Shown: positions 31,279 through 40,153 of the stretch, piece after piece | Numbering within the stretch: the first letter of the stretch is position 1 | Layout: every line of letters starts with the position of its first letter | From: Candidatus Spyradenecus sp. | Lineage (GTDB): Bacteria > Verrucomicrobiota > Verrucomicrobiia > Opitutales > UBA953 | NCBI GenBank assembly: GCA_045535075.1 | Contig: JAZSKX010000014.1 | Span: forward strand, 192,001-256,000 | Direction of reading: 5' to 3' | Length of the DNA stretch: 64,000 nucleotides | Notes under the pieces: generated by a model | What the model saw: only the letters and a program-made list of their open reading frames with translations | Databases searched by the model: none | Told to the model about the DNA's origin: nothing | Position numbers and translations under genes: made by a program

Positions 31279-31422
31279 TCAGTCAGCAAAAGTACATTTG
31301 TACCCATCGCAACAACCGATGCAACCGGACTTCATTTCTGTAAGGAAGCCGTCAGCCTCGCTAACGACACCAAATTCCGTCTCGAACGCATCAAGTACGG
31401 CTCTAATCTGTAGTTCTGTCAT
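31279..31422 (-). CDS. 47-aa Cys-rich putative RiPP precursor: MTELQIRAVLDAFETEFGVVSEADGFLTEMKSGCIGCCDGYKCTFAD
   Basis: Hand-translated; ATG 31422 to TGA 31279; same strand as and between two rSAM genes; acidic leader + 4-Cys core; below ORF-track cutoff. Confidence 0.8.
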   Translation of the reverse strand: MTELQIRAVLDAFETEFGVVSEADGFLTEMKSGCIGCCDGYKCTFAD

Positions 31423-31484
31423 GATTTTATATTATTTATTTTGTCGTTTTTTCTTTCTTGCCGACACCATATCGGCAAAATTTG

Positions 31485-32717
31485 TTATATGGTCGCAAGC
31501 TTCCTTTCAATTTTCTTACAAATGCGTAATAAAAATTTGAGTATCGCTGCTGATTCTCGTGTTAGAGGTTCACGAATTCTTATTTGTTGTTGAAGTTCTG
31601 CCGTAACGAGTGCTTGGGTCAAATACATATGACACATCCCATGATCCCGCAAAGAAGTATGTCCTCTAATCGCATAGTTCATTCCGTAACATGTAGGACA
31701 CCAGTGACGTATGGGACATCCTACGCACGTGGGATCTTCACGTGCACTTTCTTGAGTCAAATCAACTTCAGAAAGGGGCATGTTCTTTTCCCCTACGGTC
31801 AACGGCGTAAACATTTGGCAAGCGTAGGTTCGACCATCGACATCGTAGCAAGTGCAACGTGTTCCGCTCCCGCAAGCTACTACACCGCTTATGTCGGCAT
31901 CTTCCCCCCCCTTGAAAAACCGATCGAGTAATGTGAGTGGTAGATTCTGATCTGCTAAAAATGCATTTTTTAACTTGCGACACTCTTCCAAAAAGAGAGA
32001 AGCACATTCTCTTGGCCAGTAAATACCTCCTGCAAGTTCTGCCCGAATACGAAACCCTTGTCGTAATGCGGTCAAAATCGTTTCAGATAAATTTACAATG
32101 GAATCCGGTGGGATTGTCATTCGGAAAGCCTGAGACGGCCAAGTTTTTCGGCAGAAATCAACAGCACTTTCATTCCGCATTCCCCGATTACGAAGTTGCG
32201 ACTCTTTTGAGCCATCATAGCTAACACCATAGAAAACGATGTCCCGATTAGCCAATAACCATACTTTAATCTCATCTGTCAGCAGAGTTCCGTTCGAGGA
32301 GATAGTGAAATGCACATTTACGTCTTTCACATTATCTCGGACCCACTGGACTAAGAGACGTATCACATCGAAATTGAGTAGTGGCTCCCCTCCAAACAAA
32401 TCAACTGATAACCACGTGTATTTGGAACTCTCTCGAACAAAATCAAGTTGCTCGTTTAGACAGCGTAGAGCTGTCCGGAATGTCATTTTTCGAGATGTTT
32501 TGAACTTTTCATAACAATAAATACAACGTAGATTGCAGTTGTGCGTTAAGATTAGCATGCACATTTTAGCAGTCCGCGCATTGCGTCCTGTTTCAATAGC
32601 TACAATACTGGCAACTTCGTGTGGAACGGTCTTTGTGTTTACACAATCGCTTTCTGCTAACATGGGGGCATCCGTTCTATCTGCACAATTCAAGGCAAGT
32701 GTTGTGCGTTGTGCCAT
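31485..32717 (-). CDS. Radical SAM/SPASM peptide maturase-like enzyme (rSAM-1; start uncertain)
   Basis: CNLRCIYC, FGGEPLL, SNGTLL, SYDG; SPASM CGSG..DGRTYAC...CVGCPIRHWCPTC...C; paralog of rSAM-2. Confidence 0.9.
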   Translation of the reverse strand: MAQRTTLALNCADRTDAPMLAESDCVNTKTVPHEVASIVAIETGRNARTAKMCMLILTHNCNLRCIYCYEKFKTSRKMTFRTALRCLNEQLDFVRESSKYTWLSVDLFGGEPLLNFDVIRLLVQWVRDNVKDVNVHFTISSNGTLLTDEIKVWLLANRDIVFYGVSYDGSKESQLRNRGMRNESAVDFCRKTWPSQAFRMTIPPDSIVNLSETILTALRQGFRIRAELAGGIYWPRECASLFLEECRKLKNAFLADQNLPLTLLDRFFKGGEDADISGVVACGSGTRCTCYDVDGRTYACQMFTPLTVGEKNMPLSEVDLTQESAREDPTCVGCPIRHWCPTCYGMNYAIRGHTSLRDHGMCHMYLTQALVTAELQQQIRIREPLTRESAAILKFLLRICKKIERKLATI

Positions 32718-32719
32718 TT

Positions 32720-35155
32720 CTACCTTTGACGGCGTCTGCGGGAAGCGACGAGTGCTAAAATGCCCCCGCCCGCCAGCAATCCGAACATCGACGGTTCTGG
32801 AATTGCCGACGCTGTGACTGCGTAGCTCGAAAAATCGGCCGTAATGAAGCTGAGCGTTCCCGCAATTTCGTCATAGGAAATGTTTCTGACAATATTTGTG
32901 TAATCTTCCCATTCGGCATCATCGCTATCTGCTTTGTGGAATATTTTAATCGTTGATGCATCGCGATACTGACCGACATTGAGGACAACGAGTACGTCCG
33001 ACTTCCCTGCGCCTTCACCGTTTTCAACGTCGAAAGACCACGCAGCTAAAGTTTCGTCGTCGAGGTTTCCCGTATTGATAACCACCGATGATGCATCCAG
33101 TTCTTTTGCCGCGTTGATGATAACACTTTCCGCTGCCGCAGAAAGCGTTACTGCCGACGATTTCGCTGAAATTTCCAAAGATGTTCCCGCGGAAAGCTCT
33201 TGCGGCGCGTCAATATCTCCGACAACAATGTTCGTTGCTCCCGCCGTGAAAACGCCGTCTGCATAAGTTCCGCCGAAAGCGATAACAGCCCCGGAAGCGT
33301 GGATCGCATTTCCCGCACGATTGACAAAAACATTCACGGAATCGCCGGATTCTAAATTTCCTCTCAAGAAGACAAGCACACCATCGTTCACAAGCGTTTC
33401 TGTAATTTGGGCGCACTTTTTATGATTAACGGTGAATGTAACCTCTGCTCCGTCGGAAATTGTCATCTTGGAAAATTGATTTGATGAGTTTTCAAAAAAT
33501 ACTTGAGTATTTGGACCTGATATATCGAGGATTGAGCCTGTGTTTATTGCGCCCTCCCTGAAAAATACCGTTGCGTTGTCCGAAATATAAGTGGTTGCAA
33601 CAATTCCTCCTCCAAAATCGTATATCCCTTTGCCGCATATTTCTACTATTTTAGCCTGGATATCATTTGAAACGCCGCCGGCAGAATTGTTTCTAAAAAA
33701 CATTTCTCCTGCTAAGAGCCTGATTCTCTGGTCTGCACATATTGCTCCCCCTTTCTCTAATGCGATATTATTCAAAAAGCGATTTTTCCCCGAAATAGTC
33801 GCGATATCGTTGTTTATACTTATTGCTCCTCCGTTTTTACCAGATTTGTTTTGTTCAAATACATTATTGCCGTCAATTTGGTTGTATTTATTACTAGAAG
33901 TTACATGGATCGCCCCTCCATTCCAAGTGGCTGAATTTCCTTTGAATATATTTTTCCCTGAAATGCTGAGAGAGCCATCGCCAGTCCAAATTCCGGCGGC
34001 GATAGCACCTCCACTTTGGGAGGAGAAATTATTTTCGAATGTATTTTCTCCGGAAAGAGAAATATTACCCCACGCGAATATAGCACCGCCACCATTATCA
34101 CCTCTGCAGGAATTGTTTCGAAACGTATTTTTCCCTGATAGAGAAATTTTGAGTCTCGAATGAATTGCACCTCCGTCTCCGTCTGCGCAGTTGCCAATAA
34201 AAATGTTTGTACTGTTGGTATCAGAGGTGATAGATCCTCCATATCCCTCAATAGCACCTCCGCTTGCGGCAGAGCAATTTTCTTCAAACCAATTCTCCCC
34301 TGAAATAGACACCGTTCCACTAATTGCACCTCCGCCTCCGGCTCCGTATCCCTTTGAAGAATTCTTTTTGAACACATTTTTTCCTGACAATATTGTTTTT
34401 TTCCCACTAATCGCTCCTCCACCTGATTCTGCCGAATTCCCTTCAAATTTATTCTCTCCCAAAATAGTGATATTGCCGCCTGAAATAATGGCTCCCCCCT
34501 GATACGACGATATATTCTCGGAAAAGTTATTCTTTCCGCTGATTGTCAAATCGTTTTGTACGAATAATGCTCCTCCAGAATCCTGAGAGGTGTTTTTCGA
34601 AAACAAGTTGTTACCATCAATGCTCATTTGTCCGGACGAATAAATGCCCCCCCCTGATCGCTCCGCTGAATTTTCAGTGAATGTGTTCGACCCAAACAAT
34701 ACGATGTCGTTTCCGTAGATGGCACCTCCTGAATAAGCTGAGTTTTTAGAGAAAATGGTAGATTCTCCGGAAAAGTTCAATCTCTCCGATCGAATAGCTC
34801 CTCCTCCCGACGAAGTCGCTCCGGAGCTAAAAATTACATCCGAAGTTTGAAGATTTAAAATCCCGTCAAACAATCTTCCGTTGTCCAATGTGATTTTTCT
34901 TTGACTCCCTTGGATATTTGATTGAATTGATAAACTTGAGATGACCTGTTCTGTATTTTCGGTTACATCAGACGAAATAGTAACAGTTTTGCCGTTTAGG
35001 GTATCCCCGGACTTGATAAGCAGATTGTAAACTTCAGAAATTGTATTACCTACTACCGTGTTTCCGTCATTAGTTGAAGTGTAAATAGAGGCGACGCTAG
35101 AGCTTTGAGCTGCAACCAAAAATAGGAGGGAAATGGAAATAAAAGGAAATTTCAT
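32720..35155 (-). CDS. PEP-CTERM surface protein with Pmp-like FxxN/GGAI beta-helix repeats
   Basis: Signal peptide; more than ten FxxN...GGA(I/L) repeats; C-terminal IPEPSMFGLLAG...VASRRRRQR. Confidence 0.88.
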   Translation of the reverse strand: MKFPFISISLLFLVAAQSSSVASIYTSTNDGNTVVGNTISEVYNLLIKSGDTLNGKTVTISSDVTENTEQVISSLSIQSNIQGSQRKITLDNGRLFDGILNLQTSDVIFSSGATSSGGGAIRSERLNFSGESTIFSKNSAYSGGAIYGNDIVLFGSNTFTENSAERSGGGIYSSGQMSIDGNNLFSKNTSQDSGGALFVQNDLTISGKNNFSENISSYQGGAIISGGNITILGENKFEGNSAESGGGAISGKKTILSGKNVFKKNSSKGYGAGGGGAISGTVSISGENWFEENCSAASGGAIEGYGGSITSDTNSTNIFIGNCADGDGGAIHSRLKISLSGKNTFRNNSCRGDNGGGAIFAWGNISLSGENTFENNFSSQSGGAIAAGIWTGDGSLSISGKNIFKGNSATWNGGAIHVTSSNKYNQIDGNNVFEQNKSGKNGGAISINNDIATISGKNRFLNNIALEKGGAICADQRIRLLAGEMFFRNNSAGGVSNDIQAKIVEICGKGIYDFGGGIVATTYISDNATVFFREGAINTGSILDISGPNTQVFFENSSNQFSKMTISDGAEVTFTVNHKKCAQITETLVNDGVLVFLRGNLESGDSVNVFVNRAGNAIHASGAVIAFGGTYADGVFTAGATNIVVGDIDAPQELSAGTSLEISAKSSAVTLSAAAESVIINAAKELDASSVVINTGNLDDETLAAWSFDVENGEGAGKSDVLVVLNVGQYRDASTIKIFHKADSDDAEWEDYTNIVRNISYDEIAGTLSFITADFSSYAVTASAIPEPSMFGLLAGGGILALVASRRRRQR

Positions 35156-35191
35156 GATAATCAGTTTTAGAGGTGATAGAAAAACGGAGTT

Positions 35192-35932
35192 TTACTTCCG
35201 GCGACGGCGGGAAGCGACGAAGGCAAGCGTGCCAAGCCCGGCAAGGAGACCGAACATCGACGGTTCCGGGATCGAATGCATCGAAACGCTGTGGATGAGC
35301 CCGTTTGTGCGGTATTGCGTGTTGAGGTCTCCACCAAGCGCAAACTTGCTAATGGTTCCCGAGAAATTCCCGACAAGCGTTCCCGAAGCCGTTTCAACTC
35401 CGTTTACTGTAATTGAAACCGCGTTGCCTATTTTCGTGAGGGAGAACGCATAATATTGGTTGGGAGTAACGGCAATAATACCGGAAGAATTCGTTTGTAT
35501 GTCTCCGTAGAGGGAAACACGATTCGCATTTTCGGAGTCGGGGCCAAAGCTCAATTTGATGTCGGAGACTTCTCCGGTTGTTGCGTTGGTTGCGGTCCCG
35601 CCGATTTCAGCGAAGAGTGTTTTGGCGTACGAACTTGCATAAATCTTTTCCCCGAGGGTGATATTAACGGTAAACACAAAATCGTCAGACCAATCGCCGA
35701 AATTACCCGTGAAACTCGGACGTTTATTACTTGCGGCAATTGCTCCTCCGATTTGCGCTCCCGTATATTGATTGATGGATGCCTTTTCAATTTCAAGGTT
35801 TCCTTGGGCGGAGTAGAAATTCTCATATTCGATTCCGAAGTTAATGCTCCAAGCCCAATCGCCGGTAGCGTAAAGAGGTATGCCGGAAAAGCTTGTCGCA
35901 AGAAGTGTAGTAAGAATGATTTGTTTTTTCAT
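35192..35932 (-). CDS. Small PEP-CTERM protein (beta-sandwich/LamG-like body possible)
   Basis: Signal peptide; C-terminal IPEPSMFGLLAGLGTLAFVASRRRRK. Confidence 0.88.
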   Translation of the reverse strand: MKKQIILTTLLATSFSGIPLYATGDWAWSINFGIEYENFYSAQGNLEIEKASINQYTGAQIGGAIAASNKRPSFTGNFGDWSDDFVFTVNITLGEKIYASSYAKTLFAEIGGTATNATTGEVSDIKLSFGPDSENANRVSLYGDIQTNSSGIIAVTPNQYYAFSLTKIGNAVSITVNGVETASGTLVGNFSGTISKFALGGDLNTQYRTNGLIHSVSMHSIPEPSMFGLLAGLGTLAFVASRRRRK

Positions 35933-36015
35933 AGATGATAGATCTTTTAGTGTTAAAAATATTTCCGTAGAACAATCGGTTTACCCGATGTTATAAGAAT
36001 TTTTCCTAAAAAGTA

Positions 36016-36268
36016 GCGCTTTGGAAAAACGTCGGGCTTTCCTCTCAAGAACCGCGGAATACACGGAAAGCACGGAAATCGTTAAGCGCAAAAATTACAA
36101 AATTCCTCTCAAAGAACTGCGTAAGAAAAAACTCAAACACAACTCAAAATAAACATTCTTTATCTGTGTTTATCTGCGCAATCTGCGTGTTTTTCTTGCT
36201 TCCGTGAAATTCCGTGTTTTCCGTGATAAAAAAAGTAATTTTTTGTTGCCGACGCTTTTCCAAACCGC
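36016..36268. repeat. Nested inverted-repeat element (MITE/REPIN-like)
   Basis: Outer IR GCGCTTTGGAAAAACGTCGG (36016-35) / CCGACGCTTTTCCAAACCGC (36249-68); inner triple CACGGAA-type (36053-77) / triple TTCCGTG (36200-25). Confidence 0.7.
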
Positions 36269-36438
36269 AGTTTTTACTTAAAGGTCGTTGCAGTGCAACT
36301 GAAAACCGAGCTCAAGAACTCCGAGGAGCTCTTCCTTTCTCGGGTTGTTTTATTCCCTTCATATGATGTCGTAAGACGGATGTGTTTCTCTGTTTTATTT
36401 AACTTTTTCTGGATCGGTGTCTGGTGTAGAGTGTGAGC

Positions 36439-39033
36439 ATGAATTTGTTCGTGCTTGTGTTCGTATTGGGGATTTACCTCTTCCCGAGCGTTTTGGTTTA
36501 CCTCATACTCGCGGGGAAAATCAGGAGTTTGGAGGGAACTGTCCGCCTCCTTCTCGAAAATCGTAAGTTGCGGGAAAAATCACCGGACACTGTTTGCCCG
36601 AAGCCAAGTGTAACGCCGCCCGAATCTCCCGAAAACAACGCGCCCCAAACGCCTCGCGGGAACGTTGCTCCGAAGCCTTCCGCCGTTCCTCCCGGACAGG
36701 ATTTTCGCGGGAACGAAGTTTCGCCGCCGCCCGTGCCGATTCCCGCGATGAGCGATCCTGCGATTCCGCTTGTAGAGAAATTGCGGGAATGGAAAATCCT
36801 GCCGCCGGAAAACATGTCGCTTGAAATTGCCGTTATGCAGTGGTGGGCTCCGCGCATCGGCGGAGTATTGGCATTGCTTGCGCTGATATTTTTCGGTGTT
36901 TGGGCGTCGCAGTTTTCGTCTCCGCTGATCAAGGTCTTGGAAATGGCTGCGGTCGCCGTCGGCATTGCCGGCTTCGGCTTGTATCTGAACCGACATGAGA
37001 AAAACTCATTGGGAGATTCGTTGACCGCCACGGGAACGACGATGTTTTATCTGGTTGCGCTCGCGGCGGGGACGTTCCCGTCGACAAAAATTTTTGACAG
37101 CATTCCGGTCGCGTTACTTGTTCAAATCCTTGCGATTGTGCCGACGATTTTGCTCGGGCGGGGGAAATTTATTCCGATGCTCCTGTCGCTTGTTTTTGCG
37201 TTCGTGAGCGCACTTTTTGCCGTACTCAACGGCGCGGGAACGGCAGCGCTGGCGACTTCTTTGCTGGCTTACATTGTTGCCGCGTGGTTTTGCGCAAAGA
37301 AAAATACACTGGGACTTTTGTTGGCGGGAGCGATCGGTGCTTTTTTGCCGCTTTGGACGATCGTTCACCCGGAAATCAGTCCGGAAGTTTATGAGTCGCT
37401 TATAACAGAAAGTAATGAAACTCATTCGGTTGTCGCAATGCTCCTCGGAGCTACGAGTCTGGGCGTTTATCTGACTTTTTTTGTGATAGGAATTGTTATT
37501 CCCAATTGCGTCCTTCTTAAAACACGAAACACGAGCGTATTCGGAAAATTTATTTATGCGGTCGGCTCGATTCATGCGTTAGTCGCAACGGCGCTTGTCA
37601 TGGAAAGATTCCGATTCCTTTTGACCTCGGTTCGGCTTTGCCCGGATTCGCCCGATATCATTTTCGCTTTGTTTTTTACGGCGGCAACGCTCGTGTTCCT
37701 GAGTGCGGCGCGGCTTGCATTTTGTCGTTTTCGAGAGAATAAATTTCTTTTCGAATTCAATTTTGTCGCGGGAACGCTGGCACTTTCCGCCGCAATTATC
37801 GCATGGATTCCGTCTTCCGGGAAAAACGTTCTGTTTTACGCGATGCTCGCTCAGGCGCTTCTCCTCGCTTATGCGGGGCGTTCGCTTAATACCAAATGGA
37901 CTCTGATTTCGCTTATCGCCTGTCTTGGCCTTTCAATCGGAGCGAGCACGGATTGCACACTACTTGAAGCCTGCTTGCGTGCGGCGGTAACACTAATCGC
38001 CGTTGCCTGGTTTTTCGGAAATAAAAAGCAATGGCAGAGCGAATTCCCTCGGATAATTGCGCTTGTCGTTTGCGCGGGAGCGGGAATTTTATCCGCTTTG
38101 ACTCTTTATGACGCATCGCTCGCCTTGACGAATTTGACGGTAGTCTGCATCGTTTTCCCTTTGTCTTGCTTGGCGGTTTTGACGGCGGGAACGCTTTTGC
38201 CGCATTTTACGAAAAAACCGTTTTTGTGGAGTGCCGCAACCTGGGGCGCGCTCATTCTTTGCTGTGCCGCCGGAGACGTTTTTATCGAAAAACTCACGTT
38301 TAGTTATTGGCTTGTTGCCGGCGTAATCGTCGTCGTGCTCGCCGTTCCCGCGCTGCGGTATTTTATCAAAAACGAAAAAATCGGTTCTGCCGCAGAACTT
38401 AGTCTTAGCGTTCCGATTTTGATTTGCCTCACGGGAATTCTATTTTTACGGAATCATTTTCATCTTGCCGGATTTGCGTTTCTCCTGCCTTTGGTTGCGT
38501 TGTTCGCGGGAACGCCGTGGCGAAAAAATTCCGCGATTCTTCCGCTTGCGCGTCGCGGTGCGGAGGCATCGGCGTTGCCCTTGCTTGCAGTTATCTTTTT
38601 CCTTGTCGACAGCGCGATTCTAAAAGAACAGCTACGTTCTCCGATTGTTCCCGTCGCGTTGGCGCTTTACGTCTTTCTGCCGTTTTGTTTTTCTGCGATG
38701 CGCCAGCTTCTGCGGGAACGCCCGTGGTTTGCGGTTGCGGCGAGTGTCTCGGGAACACTTTGCCTGTTGTATTGGGGAGATGTCTCGTTCCCGCGTTTTT
38801 TAACGGCGGAAGGAGTAATCATCGCAATCGCTTTGATATTTGCCGGTTTGCTTGCTCGCGTTTCTTCCGTACGTATTGTCGGGATAATATTGCTTGCGGG
38901 AATGCTTTTACGCCTGTTCCTCTGCGATATCAGCGATACGATTTGGCGCATCGTTGCCTTTGCTTCGGTCGCTGCGGCGCTCTTCCTAATTGGCTTCCTT
39001 TATCAGCGGCTTTCAAAAATTATCGAAAAATAA
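36439..39033 (+). CDS. Large polytopic membrane protein, DUF2339-like
   Basis: N-terminal TM, Pro-rich linker, LE..WWAPRIGG, many TMs, C-terminal WRIVAF...GFLYQR. Confidence 0.75.
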   Translation: MNLFVLVFVLGIYLFPSVLVYLILAGKIRSLEGTVRLLLENRKLREKSPDTVCPKPSVTPPESPENNAPQTPRGNVAPKPSAVPPGQDFRGNEVSPPPVPIPAMSDPAIPLVEKLREWKILPPENMSLEIAVMQWWAPRIGGVLALLALIFFGVWASQFSSPLIKVLEMAAVAVGIAGFGLYLNRHEKNSLGDSLTATGTTMFYLVALAAGTFPSTKIFDSIPVALLVQILAIVPTILLGRGKFIPMLLSLVFAFVSALFAVLNGAGTAALATSLLAYIVAAWFCAKKNTLGLLLAGAIGAFLPLWTIVHPEISPEVYESLITESNETHSVVAMLLGATSLGVYLTFFVIGIVIPNCVLLKTRNTSVFGKFIYAVGSIHALVATALVMERFRFLLTSVRLCPDSPDIIFALFFTAATLVFLSAARLAFCRFRENKFLFEFNFVAGTLALSAAIIAWIPSSGKNVLFYAMLAQALLLAYAGRSLNTKWTLISLIACLGLSIGASTDCTLLEACLRAAVTLIAVAWFFGNKKQWQSEFPRIIALVVCAGAGILSALTLYDASLALTNLTVVCIVFPLSCLAVLTAGTLLPHFTKKPFLWSAATWGALILCCAAGDVFIEKLTFSYWLVAGVIVVVLAVPALRYFIKNEKIGSAAELSLSVPILICLTGILFLRNHFHLAGFAFLLPLVALFAGTPWRKNSAILPLARRGAEASALPLLAVIFFLVDSAILKEQLRSPIVPVALALYVFLPFCFSAMRQLLRERPWFAVAASVSGTLCLLYWGDVSFPRFLTAEGVIIAIALIFAGLLARVSSVRIVGIILLAGMLLRLFLCDISDTIWRIVAFASVAAALFLIGFLYQRLSKIIEK

Positions 39034-39052
39034 CGCGTTCGTCTTTTTTACG

Positions 39053-39084
39053 AAAAAACGCGCTCTCTTGCGGGAGCGCGTTTG
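39053..39084. terminator. Hairpin terminator between convergent genes (variant motif GCGGGAGCGC)
   Basis: AAACGCGCTCTC-TTGC-GGGAGCGCGTTT. Confidence 0.65.
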
Positions 39085-39107
39085 TGTTTCGTGAAACGGA
39101 ATTCGGC

Positions 39108-40058
39108 TTAGTAGCCCTTAATTTTGAAAAGTCCGGTAACCGAGTTGTTGTTGTGAATGCGCGTAATTGCCTCACCGATAAGTTTCGCGACCGAGAGAAT
39201 CGTAATCGGCAAACCGCGCGATTCCACGGGAACGGAATTTGTCGTGATAATTTCGTCCAGCGCTCCCGTTGCGAGGCGTTGGTAAGCAATTTCGTTGAGC
39301 ATGCAGTGGCTGACAAGCGCACGAACGGATTTTGCACCGTTTTCGCGGAGCAGTTTCGCCGCAGAGCAGAGCGTTCCCGCAGTTTCCGTCATGTCGTCAA
39401 CGAGGATAATATTGCGCCCTTCGACTTCGCCGACGAGGTTCGTCGATTGAACCGTTGTCGCGGAAACGCGGCGCTTGGCGACGAATCCGATCGGAAGGTC
39501 GAGCAGATTGGCGACGGCGCTTGCCGCTTTCATACCGCCGATGTCCGGAGAGAACACCGTGGCGTCTTTAAGGTACGGCTTGTCCTTGATGTAATCATAG
39601 AACACCGGCGAAGCAAAAAGATGGTCAACCGGAATGTCAAAAAATCCTTGAATCTGCTGGGCGTGCAGGTCGAGCGCGAGTACGCGGTTGGCGCCTGCGG
39701 CGGTGAGCAGGTTGGCGACGAGTTTTCCGGTGATCGGCACGCGCGGACGGTCTTTTCGGTCTTGGCGAGCGTAGCCGAAGAACGGAATAACGGCGGTGAT
39801 ACGCTTTGCCGATGCGCGTTTCATCGCGTCAATCATGATGAGCAATTCCATCAGGTGATTGTTGGCGGGGCAACAGGTCGGTTGAATCGCAAAGACGTCG
39901 CAACCGCGGATGTTTTCCTTAATTTGGACAAACGTTTCGCCGTCCGGGAACGGAGTTACATCAGCTTCGCCGAGCGGCACACCGATCGTTTCGCAGATTT
40001 CCCGCGCGAGAGCCGGGTTCGCATTACCGGTAAAGATTTTCATGGGAGAGTCGGACAT
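39108..40058 (-). CDS. prs: Ribose-phosphate pyrophosphokinase
   Basis: FPDGE, YARQDRK, DLHAQQIQGFFD, VDDMTETAGT. Confidence 0.97.
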   Translation of the reverse strand: MSDSPMKIFTGNANPALAREICETIGVPLGEADVTPFPDGETFVQIKENIRGCDVFAIQPTCCPANNHLMELLIMIDAMKRASAKRITAVIPFFGYARQDRKDRPRVPITGKLVANLLTAAGANRVLALDLHAQQIQGFFDIPVDHLFASPVFYDYIKDKPYLKDATVFSPDIGGMKAASAVANLLDLPIGFVAKRRVSATTVQSTNLVGEVEGRNIILVDDMTETAGTLCSAAKLLRENGAKSVRALVSHCMLNEIAYQRLATGALDEIITTNSVPVESRGLPITILSVAKLIGEAITRIHNNNSVTGLFKIKGY

Positions 40059-40111
40059 GGTGTTAAAAGGAAAGTCTGAATGAGTTAGGAAGTAAAAGCC
40101 ATTTGCAAATT

Positions 40112-40143
40112 AAAGAACTGCGGGGAAGTTCCCGCAGCTCTTT
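40112..40143 (-). terminator. Hairpin terminator containing GTTCCCGC
   Basis: AAAGAACTGCGGG..CCCGCAGCTCTTT just after the lipoprotein stop. Confidence 0.65.
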
Positions 40144-40153
40144 ATCGAAACGA

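Noticed and set aside
31244..31540. 98-aa plus-strand ORF between the rSAM genes
   Set aside because: Antisense to the operon and overlapping the more convincing 47-aa minus-strand peptide.
30035..32717. rSAM pair as anaerobic sulfatase maturases for the Ser-type sulfatase at 23642-25846
   Set aside because: Not adjacent, different composition, and an intervening Cys-rich peptide is the simpler substrate; not fully excluded without HMM placement.
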